DNA of 64,000 nt from the human T2T-CHM13v2.0 reference genome, Homo sapiens, in NCBI RefSeq assembly GCF_009914755.1, contig NC_060926.1; one strand, given 5' to 3'. Positions 13,028-26,559 of the stretch are shown one piece after another (positions within the stretch are counted from its first letter, which is position 1; each line of letters opens with the position of its first letter). A program made the translations under genes and the position numbers. The notes beneath the pieces were generated by a model, which did not search any database, was not told where the DNA came from, and saw only the letters and a program-made list of their open reading frames with translations.

Positions 13028-13279
13028 AATTGTGTCTGTTTTTAGGCCTAATGTGGGAACAGCTCATGAGTGTAAGACATCTTGCGATGTAATTATTATA
13101 CGAACGGGAGCTTCAACTGGGAGGACCACCCGATTGTCAACGTCAAGGAGTCATAGGTCACCTGGCTCTAGATATAATGGAGGGAGTATATAGGAGTTGA
13201 AGATTAGTCCACCGTAGTCGGTGTATTCGCAGGTTCAATATCATTGATGGCCGATTGATTTGATAGTAAAGGAGGGGTC
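13028..13279 (-). pseudogene. NUMT: nuclear copy of a mitochondrial COX2 fragment
   Basis: The minus strand in the vertebrate mitochondrial code gives 84 uninterrupted codons: [84 protein letters not shown]. TGA falls at conserved Trp positions. Confidence 0.97.
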
Positions 13280-15678
13280 ATATTAATAATAATAGGCTAT
13301 AACCTGTTAAAAATAGTAGGTTAATTTACAGAAGTGTGGCCCGCTTATTCCTTGAGAGTTGCTGGTTCCCATCTATATTTGTGTGGTTCCTCCTCTTGAC
13401 AATGATTCAGAATACTCATAGTCACTCACCCCTGAAACAAAATATGGGATCCCTGCTACTCGAAGAGATGGTCGTGGTGCAAAAGGAAGAGTCCTAGTAC
13501 TTGTGCAGCAAATACTTACCTTCCTTTCACTTATTCTTTGTTTTAAGGGAAAAAGTGACAACTGGGTTTTATTGTGACTAATGCCAGCTTTAGACAGCAT
13601 ACTAAGTATAGTGTAATAAAAAAGCATGACTTTTGAAAGCCAAGAGATTAAAGTGTGAATCTTACCTTTGACATTTATCAGCAGCTAAATCTTGCACAAG
13701 TTATTTCAATTTTCAAAGCCTTAGTTCCTTTGTCTAAATTAGTGATGTGATTATCTCTTTAGAATTTTTGTAATAATTAAATGAGACCAAGTATGTATAG
13801 TACATAATACCTTGAATACAGGAAAGTCCCAAGTTTATCACTGTGGTCACCATCATCATCCCCACCATCGTCATTATATCAGCAGCATCCTCATGATTAA
13901 TTTTGTTACTCAGGCTCAATTTGGAAAGTATGCATTTGTTTGGAGAACTGCTTTTCTCATGTTAGGCAATATCACGTAAGGGGGAAGACATTTTGACTCG
14001 CAGACTATCCTTACTTAGACAAGTGACTATTATCAGCTCAAATGCAATTACTGAAAGTATGCAAAAATCCAATCATTGCCAAAGTGACCTTATTTAGTGA
14101 ACAGTATAGGTATAACATAATATCTTCAGAATTGTGAAATTGTGTATTCCATCTGGGTTCTTTATATAAGGATATTTCTCTGTGACCTTAGCATAAATTC
14201 ACTTGATAATTTCACTCTGAACCACAGACATAAGGTACATTATAGCTGAAATCTAGTGTACTTAAAGTTCATTGCTGGTTGTATCTTAAGTACCCTTGCC
14301 TGCTATAGTTTCAGCTACTTATGCTATCATGCTGATATTTCATGTGATTCATCATTACATCTAGATTAGGCACCTCATTGCAAAAGTTCTTTGTTTTTAG
14401 GATTGTAGTAACATCCCTCAACCTCAGCTATTCTTGATCTTCATTCTTCAAATATGGACCTGATTATGAGTTCTCCCTTGCGAGGCTGGTTTCAATACAT
14501 GCTTTCTAGGAATATTAGTGCACTTAAGCTAATACATGCTTAAGAAACTTACATTATAAGATGTGAAAAGTGTTAATTATATGTATGTGTATGTGTGGAT
14601 ATATCTCTCTATCTCCTCTCTCTCTGCGTGTATATCTCAGTGACAGAGAAACTGGATTGAAGTATAAAGTAGCATTTGAGCTGAGATATATGTCTTACTG
14701 AGATTTCAGGTTGATTTAGACATTTCTGGGTAAATAATATTCAGTGTGGGCAAAAGACTGAGGAGGTTTGAAATGGGTATTTTTAGTTAGAATAAAGCAG
14801 TTCTCAATGGCAATAGATTTCAAAAACAGTTCACTAATTGTTTCCATTGTGGAATCTAAAATGACTCCTCTATTGTATAATTTCAGAAATCATACTAAAC
14901 ATATCTGCATATAATTATTCCATGTTAATTATTTTAGTCACATAATTTGTTTCTATCCTAACAACACTCTTAATTACTAGCACAAGTTAAATTTTTCATT
15001 TTTAACAAACGAAGTGGGAATACAAATAGCAAGTCATATTAAAAATCAAGTGTACCTTAACGACTTAATTTGAGTTAAAACTGTTTACACTTCTCATTAA
15101 TCTAAATATTGGTGGCAAATCATAAAGAAATGACAAAATATGAGAAAGTTAATAATTCTTAGAGAATATTTTGCTAATCTTTTACTTTTCACAATTTTTT
15201 TCTTGGCTTTATACGAAATACAGAAGTTAGATTTATTTTTCCACACATACTATTATTATCTAAACATTATTGAATAGTTCATTCTTTTACCCAGATGACC
15301 AATAGAAGTTCTGATACACCATTTGGGAACTCTGAATCCTATTCTCTTCATCTCTTTGTATATCCCTTCACCATTACTGTACTTTTAAATTTGCTATAGC
15401 TTCTAAATATGTCTTAATTCTACCCCTACCTGGTTCTTTAAGACTTTGGTTTTTTGACCTTCTAAAATTCTGGAATAACTTGCTAAAATAAACAAAATAA
15501 AGAATGAGGTGGAAAAAGGAATCTCAAGTTAGGCAGGATTACTGTATAAATCCTTCACAGTATCATAAATAGGTACATTCAAATTTGTCATTTCTGGGAG
15601 TATATTCTTAGTTTTCTATAATTGGAAAGAAAATTCTGTAGAAAAAAAATGGTTCACAACCCAGATCAGGAAGTAGAT

Positions 15679-15696
15679 CTCTCTCTCCCTCCCTCC

Positions 15697-15755
<59 letters not shown>
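15679..15755. repeat. Compound microsatellite: CT-rich tract, (TG)20, (AG)8
   Basis: Read directly. Confidence 0.95.
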
Positions 15756-15756
<1 letters not shown>

Positions 15757-18700
15757 GCAGGAGCAGAAGCACTCATGGTGTTTTTGTTTATTCTTTGGTC
15801 TAGGATGTTATATCTATACCATAGCCCTCATTTCCTTCTGCTTTACTTTCAATAAAGATGACTGAGCAAAGAAAGAAAGATGTAAGTCCTCACTAGTAGG
15901 TGATAAAACATTTTTTAAAACAAAAACAACCCTCACCTACAACTCAGTCCACCTACCCTATTCTCTACATCTCCTGAGAATCACACTTGGATGTTTGGTA
16001 AAAGAGCAATATGAATAAGAAGAGATGACCATTAACACAATGATTTAGTAAACATATTTTATAGGCCTTCATCTGATCTGTTATATAGACCTTTATTTTT
16101 TGCAATAGTATTCTTTAAGAGGTAACATTGAGTCTGAAATTATATTTAAAAACTTTAGTAAGTATTTTCAAAAATTTAAGATGTTTGACATAGACTTTCT
16201 CCTTACTAAGTTATCTCTCTCTCAGTAGAATGTGGCCCTGCTGCTTTTGAGACAATCCTCTTGAGATTTCAGTTTTTGCGTTTGGAAAATGTGATAATGT
16301 CTTCCTTCTAGGACTGTAGGGGTTAAATAAGATGATAAATGTATGCAACGCACACAGTGGGTACAAACATGATAGAAGATTAAATAGCTAGTCATCCAAA
16401 ATGATCTAATTATCAACCAAATAAAGACAGATAACTTTTATTCATGCTTCCCCAACACTATTATTTTGCAAAATTTCAAACCTATAAAAAAGTTGAAATT
16501 GTCTCAGTAAATATTTGCACACTTTTAAATTATTTTGTCATCAATATTTTGCCACATAGACTTCATTTATTGATGACTGCATAGGTAGGTAGGTAGATGG
16601 TTTTTGCTAAACTATTTGAAACAGTTGTAGACTTGAGATTTCAAATCTAAATATTTTAACATGCATCTCTTAGGAACCATTATTTAAGTTTTTAAATTGA
16701 TAACAATTATTTTTATAAAGTCAGTAGCTTTTATGATTAAGTTTGAACCAAAGCTCAGTGAGAAATAAAATATTATCATTCACTTTCCATATGAGTACAA
16801 CACTGTGCTTTTCTAAAATCATGTACATCTACTGTCTCATTGATTCAACTCTAATGCCATGATAGATTAGGGAAGAGCAAGCACTATTGTATTGTCAGTG
16901 TTTACAATAATAGAGAAAATTTAAAAGCATTAAGTGAGTTGGTAAAAATCAAACTTGTTTTTAAAAGCCAGCTCCATAACTCTGATATACCATTTTTCCA
17001 AGTGAATGAAAGGAAAGTGCTTCATGTTAGGCAGCATGCTAAATGTTTAGAATCATTATCAACTTTTATTAATGGAATATCTCTATAAGGTAGGAATCAT
17101 CTTCCTCAGTTTAAAAATGATGATTCAGAAACTCAGAGGAAACATATTCTTTACCCAAGGAAATAAAAGTAGGAATTAAAGCTGACTCTTTCTGGCTCAA
17201 AACCTGTGCTACTTGTATCTCCAAATTGAGAGCACCTGAGTCACTGCTCTGTGCTTGACTTTTGTCATGAAGAGTTGCCAGTTTTAGTCAGAAACCATAG
17301 TATCATGGGTGCCTTTTTTCTCTCTGTCCTTGGAAAAATAATATGAGTGGAAAATGGCAAACAAACTTTGCCTGAGAAATAACTTTAAAATATGGAAGGA
17401 AATAGCACTTGGATACATATTAATATTAATTTACATGCACTGAGCTAGTATCTATAAGATTAATCCTTTCAAGAGCTCAATTAGAAAGTATTTTCATCAT
17501 CACATATGAGCTAAAACTGATAACTAAGCTAAAGCAGACATTCAACTTTGGAATTGTGGAATGTGTGTACATGCTGTTTTACTTGAATGTTATAGTTCAA
17601 AGGCAAAATTCAGCCATGGCTATGTTTAGAATGGTATTGTGCAATAAATCATGGATAAAGCAAATTCAGAAGAGTGGTCACTATGTGGAAGCTCTCTTCC
17701 ACCTTTACATACTTCTATTTTTCTTCCTTTTGATATGTGCCCTCTTGTTCCCTACATGGCATTTTACGTCTCCTGATAATGGTTTAATAGTATTATTATT
17801 ACAACTTTATTCTCTAAGGAAACAATTGTATTTGTAAGAAATGTCCAATTTGACAAAATGTTTATCTTAGTGGAAACACTATCCAGTAGGGCTGGGACAT
17901 GTAGAGCTGATGGGGTATAATTCACAAGCAATTCTTTGAAAACCTCTCATAGGACACAATATTACTGACAATTGTGATATAAAGGACTGAGATGAATTAA
18001 TATTTGGGATTTCACAGAGAAAATAATTCAAGTCCACATTTTTTGTTTGCTATTTATGTAAAAAGCTGGCATCCAGAATCACATTAAATACAATCTGCTA
18101 CTATCTCATGGATGCTCTTTTTCTCTGCCTATTTCCCCCTAGATGCCCATCCTCCCCATCCCCTCTTTAGGGATCTGATAAGCCCCTAGGCTGCCTTTCC
18201 ATACCTTCTACAAAATTCGATCTTAGATATGACCTAGTTTAATAGTAATTTATCTCTTCATGTGAATGTAATCATAGCAACATTAGTAGTATTATGTTAT
18301 ATATTTTACTTCAGATGAGTCATTAATTTTCTATTTCTATCTATTTAAAACATTAACTCAAATTTTGGTACAAAAATAATTATCCCCATTTTACAAATTT
18401 CTGGCATCACTAAGTTTGTGTATATAATTGCTTCTTAGAGATTCTAAAATAATATATCTCACAAAGGGACCACCTACTCTGCTTACATATAAGTCAGCTT
18501 TGATTGGAGTCCAATCTATGGTTGGAAAGGAACTAAATTATGTGTAATTGAAATAAATTGTGTTTAGTTAAGTCTAACCAACCACGTCTCTCTAATAAGG
18601 AAATACCAAAAAATACTCTACATTCACATCCTAGAGATGTTGTAAAAGAATCATCTTCCTTAATCTCTAAAACATTCACCTGTCAAATCAACCACCCCTG

Positions 18701-21700
18701 GAATACTTCAGGTCTAACTTAAATAGAAAGAAGCTCTTCTTTATCTCTAACTGCACATTCCCTTACTCAATATGTTTATGCATCGATGTCAGTTTTCAGA
18801 GTGCTCAAGAATATATATAAACACAAGAAAGAGACAAGAGGCAAATACATTACTAAAATTAGAAAAAGCTACATGTTAACCTCAATCTACTTTCCAGGGA
18901 GAATATGCTTAATGTTCTAGAAATATATATTTTTTAATTGATACAATTTCGATCTCACCTTGCTTGCACAGTCTAAGTTTCCACTTTACTTTGAGCAGTA
19001 AGAGTTATTCTGAAGCTTACACTATAGAGCTAGAAACCTAATCCAAGTCCATAAATGCAAAAGATAATCAGGATTTAGTATTTAAATAGGTGTTTTATTA
19101 ATATCACCATATGTTTTTAAATTAACTTTGCTCGGCACTTCCTTAAATTTCTTCTCAAATAAAAAAGAAAAATGTCACTCACTCGCAGCAACCTGACGTG
19201 TGATAACAGATGGCTCTGGGGAATTTTTAGAGTAAAAAAGCAGTAAGAATGAAACATATCATCTATTATTTTGCCTTGCCCTCTTTATCACTTTCAATCT
19301 AAACAGAAAAGTGATGTATTACAGGAAAATGGTCCGTTTTGTGACATTTCTGATGTGACTATGCAATTTCAACACCAGGGTGGTTCATTTTCTGAAATAA
19401 ATGAGACATGCTTTAACATTTCACGAATTTCATGTTTTGGAAATGAATCCTACAGAAATTCATTAAGCTAACCGCATAAACTCTAAATATCAGGAATTAT
19501 CCTATTTCAATGATAAAAATATCCTAAGAAATACCCTAAAATATACATATATGGAAGACAATGGTTACAGCATGAGACTCATTAGAAAATTAATACTTCT
19601 ATGTTCTGCTGATTGTGAAAAAAACAGAAACCAAAACAAAATTGAGTGTCTCTTATGCAAAGTTGACATCTGTCTCTGTGGTAAGATTTCAAAGTGTCTA
19701 TGAAGATGCCTTTTTAAAATTGTCCCACCCAGACAGCCTGAGTGAAGACTTGATTTTCTTTTTCAGTACAAAATAGCAATTGCTATGACTTATTTTATGC
19801 TTAATGAATTAGTAATCACAGAACTAAGTGCTTTTTTTTTAATTTGCTTCATAACAGTTATCTCCATTATATAGATAAGACATAGAGGGGTTAAAACATA
19901 TGTTCTAAAAAACATACTTAATAAACTATGTGCCTGAGGATAGAATGCAGATCAATGACAGGCCAAAATTTTAGAAGTTTATTCAGTCTTGCTGTTTGGA
20001 GATTTGGGGTAAAAATGTCACCTTTAAAGCAATACCACTTATGATATATTGTAGTTTATGACTAGAGAGAAGCCATGGTTAACCATGAAAATAACAGCAT
20101 TGACAAAACTGTTTTAAAAATTTCTCATTTTCCAAATGTTCTTATCATTGTTAGAAGCAAATAATCGTCATCATTTTCGAAGAAAACCACTTTTTCTAGT
20201 CTTCAAAAATTACATCAAGTCACAGAGCAATACAGCCCTTTTGATCATTGCATTCAACCAGAACATTCTTAGGTCTCATTAGCCTGTAGTGGAAAAAATA
20301 AGATGGCGTTAATTAGTGATTCATTTCTCACATAGGAGCACCCCCATTGCTTGGTAAATACTCTCTGAACATCTGTGCCCCCTCTTCAGACTGTCTCTCC
20401 TGCTGGTGGTCACTCTCTTCAGCCACTGACCACAGCACAGCACTGCCTTGCTTTAAATCTCTGTGCTGTGCATCTATGAAATGCTTTCTCTGGCCCACTT
20501 CTTCATGCTGTGCTCTGCATCTTGGCATTGTTGAAATTGGGGAAATGGCCACAATTCAGATCACTGATCCAATGTGTAATTCCTAATTTCTTCCTTTGGG
20601 GCAATTTTAGCTACATCTCATAGCAGAGACTTATATGGGTCCTGAGATTAATAAAATATTTTAGTGCTATGTATACATAATCCTTTTTCCTCTAGGAAAC
20701 ACAGATACCCCCAGAGTGACTGGATTATAAAGTTTCAATAATAATTGGTAGGCTTTAGTAAAGACTATTTCTCACCTCCAAAAATCAGGCCCTGTTTTAC
20801 ACAAAAGCTAGATAAAAAAAAAAATATATGCTCTGGGTGAAGTGGGGATTGGAAAAACCTAGGCATAATTAACCCCCCAATCTTGATCCCTGCAGTAACA
20901 TCCACACACATAAATCACAGGTTATAAAACACTAGTCTATAATACCAATTACTTAGTTTTTTTAAATATGTTTTTTCTTTCTGTATGCAATTAAATGGTA
21001 TTCTTATGGAATCAAAGATCATGTGTTATGGGCTCATGATATGAAGCACTGTATACATAAAGGCACAATATGTAGCTGATTATCTGATTTAAATGTATGA
21101 TTAGTATGGTTCTGAAATAACTTCCTATTATAGTTTTCATACATATACAAAACTTAAATCATTTTTTTCTAAAAAAGCACCTAGATATCTTGTGACTAAG
21201 ATATTTTAAAAACCATAAACATTTAGTTAAACAATGTAAAATATTTCTACTTTGTCCTAATTAATTATATTAGTACACTTATATTAAGGCCATTTTAAAA
21301 ATAGGTGCTGCTATTTCAAAAGTAGCATGTTATAACCAATTCTCATTTCACAGTTGAGCTAAAGACTAGAAATGAATAACCTATGGCCCATGGCCAAGCA
21401 CCCATAGGAGAGATGAAGAGTTCTGCCATCTGGCATCCCAGGGGGGCCTTCATAAATAGCACTGGACTGTCAGATTTAAACTGAGTTTAAAGAGGGACAG
21501 CATGGCAAAAACAGGAAAACATACTGGGGGCTTCGGTATAATGGGAAAAAAGGCAGAAAAGATAACTTTTTCCATAAATTATCAAGTGGGACATAAATGC
21601 CCATACTATCCATGCTCCGAGAACAGGTCTCAGCCTATTTCATGAGGAAAACAAGTCCTGATGTAAAATTTTTAGACTTGGTTCGGCTACTAATCATCCA

Positions 21701-24544
21701 TACAAAATGAGAAGCATGTCAATTTCCGAGACTTCCATTTATTTATTGTTAAATATATAAATATAAATACATGTTTGTGAGCATTGTCCTAAGATCTCTT
21801 CTGGATATATTGTTCTCTCATAATGAAAATCCTTTTCCTAGCGGATATTTCAGTAACATTTCTGCCTGCCCAAAATCCATTGTCTTTCTCTTGTTTGTTC
21901 CATATCCTTATGTTGCCCTGTTGTGCTTATGTCTCATTAAAAGGTGGTACTGCTTATTGGAATAGAAAAACTGCATTTATAAATTATTCTAATCTAGAAA
22001 AGATGGGCATTCAGCATCTCTCCTTGTATAATTATTCAATTGAATGTGATATTGCAAAATCATTAGTTGAATAAAATCATCAGGTGAACAAGTAATTTCA
22101 TTGTGAGTCTAGGGAGATTTAAATTTGGTTCAGCACTTGTAAGCAGTATTGCTCACAGGAAGTACCTTCTGGGTACTTTATATGTTCTATGAATGATAAG
22201 TCCTGCGGTAAAAGTCATAATTTAATGCTCAGGAGTTGACATACATCATAAAGTCATTTATTATACAAATCTCTGTTGCTAAACATGAAGAGAGGAAAAA
22301 AATGTATTCAGGAGAAGAGGGAACATTTAGGTATAGCCTGTCATTTTCAATTCCTCAAGGCAGCTTAACTGTGGTTATTAGCCTTCTGACTGACCTCATG
22401 TCCAGGAGGACTGAGGGAGCATTCTCTGCTGAAGGGTTTCAAAAATCACATGGAAGTGTTGAGTTTGAAAAAAAAAAAGATCATATTTCTGGAGTTCAGG
22501 GTGATTTGTTGTCTCCTGAAAACCCATGATTAGAAAGCTGGCCATTTCTGAATGCATTCAAGAGGAAGTTGAATATATGTGTGGTCTAGGATAGTGTGGG
22601 TTTATCAAGAGATAAGCTCTGAAGACCCTTGCCATTTGGGAGAATCTATAGTTCTGAAAAACTTTAATTTCATAGAGTAAGATATTTTCAGCAAATTTAT
22701 CATCTTACAGATATTTTCCCTTGCTTTTTAGTTTGCGTTCTCTGAGCACACATCAACAAATGCATAGAACAAAACTGTAATTAGTATTAATTGAAGAATA
22801 GAAAAAAATACAATAGGATTATTAAAAGTTTGTTCTTAGAGAAATTTAATAGATGCATATATGTACATATATATATATATATACACACACACATATGCAG
22901 CATAATTGTGGTGATATCAAGGGTAAAGGTTTTGAATGCATATTATAAGATTTTGGACTGGAACACATCTAGGAAATCCTTTCAGTACTTTCCCCTAAAG
23001 GGAGTTTTTAAATGTACTCAAGCTTTAGAAATTATATATTATTGTCATTATAAATGTTTCTTTTTATCTTACCTTTATAGTATTGTTAGTGTTATATTGA
23101 TGGTTTAAAAATATATGCATGTTACATTTTTATTATTTTGATTTCATGATAAAGCAATTTCACCATAAATCTGAGGCAAAAAGAGAGTGTTGGGACTTAT
23201 TAGGTTAGAACCAATGAAGTATCACAAACTTTTTCCCTATAAATGAAGAAACTAAAGTTCCGAAAAACAAATGACTTGCCTCTTATCACAGGAAAAATAT
23301 TAGGAACACAGCCACAGCTAGACGGTGGGCATCCTGTCTCTTAGTGCAGCACTTTTGTAACTAAGTTAACCCTTAGTAAACTGAAGAAAAAATAAGACGT
23401 GAAGTTTAAAAGAGTCTCCTGAGGTTGTATTGAAGAAGAATGAAAAATTGCAATTAATAACATTTTTGTTTTTATTGGGGAAATCAAAATAATTGGCTGA
23501 TTTCAGTTCAATTATTCACAGGATCTGCTTTTTCCTACCTATTTTTATCCGCTGCTTATTTTCATCCCAGCCTCTGAATATCTGCTCTCTGAATATCTCC
23601 AAAAAGAAAACTGAATATAATACAATATTTAATTATCTAAAGATATCCACAGCTTGTTTTTACCACATTAACCTTTGTACATAATTGACAGGGTAGCTTT
23701 GGTGCTTGCCTTAAACTAAAATAATAACTCTGAAATTTTTTTTTGTAATGTACTCCTTGGATAAGATTTTAACCCTATCCAGAATTCTTCAAAGCATTTT
23801 ATTTAAACAAATATTACCTGTTAAAAAAGAATTCATTACTCAAAGTGAAAAATTGTTGCATATTTTCTTCTAAAGCCTTTTAAGTTTCATTTTTTACCTG
23901 CAGATGTTACTTCCACTATAATTGGGGGTAGAGGGGGTGTATGTTTATGTCTTTATCTGATATATTATCTGATTCATTAATTGTTTTATATATATATGCA
24001 TATGTATATATATGTATGTATGTATGCACTGAATAACTCAGGACACTTAAATGGCTAGTCCATTCTTTTCCCATTTCCTTTTATGCAGTCTCTGTAATAC
24101 GCCAAACAATTCATAGTTTCTTGGGCTTCTGTTCTATTGTATTTCATGAGATTAGTCCCTCCTTTTATGAATGTAATATTGCTTTAATTACTATAAACAT
24201 TTTAACTCTTAATATATCTGACAACTCTTCTTATTGGCCTAGTGATCTTCCACATGAATTTTAAAATTACATTATCAAGTTTATTGAATCCCAATTGGTG
24301 ATGTGATTTTATTACTCTAAATTAGAAATTAATGTAGAAATACTTTACTTCTTAATGATATTGACATTGTCTTTCCATTAGACATTCATGGAGAAATGGC
24401 ATACAGTTTTTCTACTGTGGACTTGGATAATATTTTGAAATATGCCCCACAAAGTTCTTTTTAAAAAATGGATTTATTTTCTCATTTTGTATAAACTGTA
24501 GATATTTCGAATGAGTGTTAGTTTCTGTTATATAAGAATTCTAT

Positions 24545-25710
24545 TTTTTAAATAAACTTTTATTTTGAGACAGTTGTAGAATCACATGCAGTTGTAAGAA
24601 ATAGAAAGTATCCTATGTACCCTGTACTCAGATTCTCATAATGGTAACATCGTGGGAAGATACAGTACAATGTTACAGCCAGGATATTGACATACATATA
24701 GCCAAGATAGCATTTCCATCACCATAAGGATTCTTCCTTTTAACCTTTGTATAGATATGCCTAGTAAGAAACATTGCTTTCCTGTACCTACCCTCTCCCT
24801 AACACTTGTCAGCTGCTAATCAGTTGTCCATTTCTATAATTTTGCCATTTCAAGAATGTTATATAAATGGAATAACAAAATATGTTATATCTTAGGATAG
24901 ATATTTCTTGCACTTCACATAATTCTTTAAACATTAATCTGCATTTTCGAGTCTATCTGTATTCCATTTCATCTATCAGTAGTATTTCATGGAATAAATG
25001 CTCATAAGTGTAATTGCTGGGTCATATGGTAGTTTCATGTTTAGCTTTTTGTTGTTTTATTTAAGAAATTACTATTTTCTGTAGGTGCTACACCATTTGG
25101 CATTTTTATGAGAAATGTATAAGTGATCCAGTTTTGCAACACCCTTATCAGAATTTGGTATTGTCACTTTTTTACAATTTTAGCCATTATGTGTTTGGTG
25201 GCATTTCATTGTGGTTTTAATTTGCATTTTCCTAATGACAGATATTGAAAATACTTTCATATAATTATTTGCCATTTGTATAGCATCCTCACTGAAATGT
25301 CTCTTTATGTCTCTTGCCCATAATTGTATTGCTTGATTTTTTTACTGTTGAGTTTTGAGTGTTGTCTTAGCTCTGGTTACTGTAACAAAATGTCATGGAC
25401 TTGGTGGCTTATACAACATTTCCATTTGGTTCATTTTCATTCAGTTTGACACATAAACATATCTATAGGTATATTTTTATTTCCATGAGGTTTTCTCTTT
25501 GGCTCATGAATTATTTATTAGTGTGTTGTTTTGTTTCCAAGCATTTGGAGGTTTTCCTGTTAACTTTTTGTTATTGATCTCTAGTGTGATTCTATTCTGG
25601 TCAAAGAAGATTTGCTTTGTGGTCCAGGATGTAGTCCATCTTGGTAGATGTTCAGTGGGCACGTGAAAAAAAATGTGTATTCTGCTTTTGTTGGGTGTTC
25701 TATAAATATA
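24545..25710 (-). mobile_element. Old L1M (MC/MD-type) 3' end and ORF2 pieces
   Basis: TTTTATTTTGAGACAGTTGTAGAATCACATGCAGTTGTAAGAAATA and GTGGTTTTAATTTGCATTTTCCTAATGAC are antisense L1. Confidence 0.75.
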
Positions 25711-25714
25711 TTTT

Positions 25715-26150
25715 TGTTATGGTTATGCAGCAAAGTGTAACTTAGCAGGTCTAGGTTGCCCAAACCATGCACATTTCTAATTAAGGCCTGTGTTCAGGAC
25801 TGGCTTTGCCTATATCCTGGGAATGAGCTCTGAGTCCTTGGAATATTCTGCCTGACAAGCAGGTTTTTGTATTTCTGAAGCACTGGGCCATGAGGTACAT
25901 TTTTAATCAGATACATTCTCCTAGCAATGAAGTTTGTAGTGAATGCCTATTTTGCTCTGGGTGAGTGATCTCCCAATAAAAACCCCAAATACCACGACTC
26001 ACTGAGCTTCCCTGATTGATAACATTTGCTAGTGTTTTTGCCTACCATGGTTAGGCAAAACTGTGATTCTTCTAAGAGAGACACCTAGAAACTTGCACCT
26101 GGTCTCTCATGGGCTTTATCTTGGGCATCTTTTTCCTTAGCTCTTTGTAA
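25715..26150 (+). mobile_element. MER21/MER77-like ERVL LTR, 5' part
   Basis: CTCTGAGTCCTTGGAATATTCTGCCTGACAAG, CCCAATAAAAACCCC and GAGCTTCCCTGATTGATAACA motifs. Confidence 0.6.
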
Positions 26151-26559
26151 ACATTAAGATTTATTTTCTTTTGAATCACATATTTAATAATATGTACTCT
26201 CACAATAGGAAAGGCTTTTACTTTTTCTCTCTAAAGAAAAGCTGAAAAACCAGCAAACTTAAAAATTCAGATAATTGGCAGAAGAGTTTCTAATTATGAT
26301 AAATATAAAACCAAAAAATAATTAAAACACAGAACTTAAAAAAATTACTCAACAAAAAAGTAACTTTCTATATAAATTACACCATAAGCGTGAGTTAATA
26401 TATGGAAAACAATCTGAAAAATGCTACAAAACAGGCTGCTTAAAGGTATTATAGATATAAAAATAACATTTTCATAGTTATACATAAAAACAATTATGCA
26501 GCTGTTCACTGTTTTTACATAACTAAAGATTAAATAATTTGCAATGCCTTTTGATGAGG

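Noticed and set aside
12924-13193. 89-aa plus-strand ORF
   Set aside because: Largely the antisense reading of the COX2 NUMT, with a non-ATG start.
13420-13670. Three minus-strand GTRAG donor motifs near the NUMT
   Set aside because: No paired acceptor or open frame identified, and one lies in a MIR-like remnant.
20328-20586. Overlapping 74-aa and 79-aa ORFs in a GC-richer unique patch
   Set aside because: No recognisable protein similarity, and lengths are within chance expectation.
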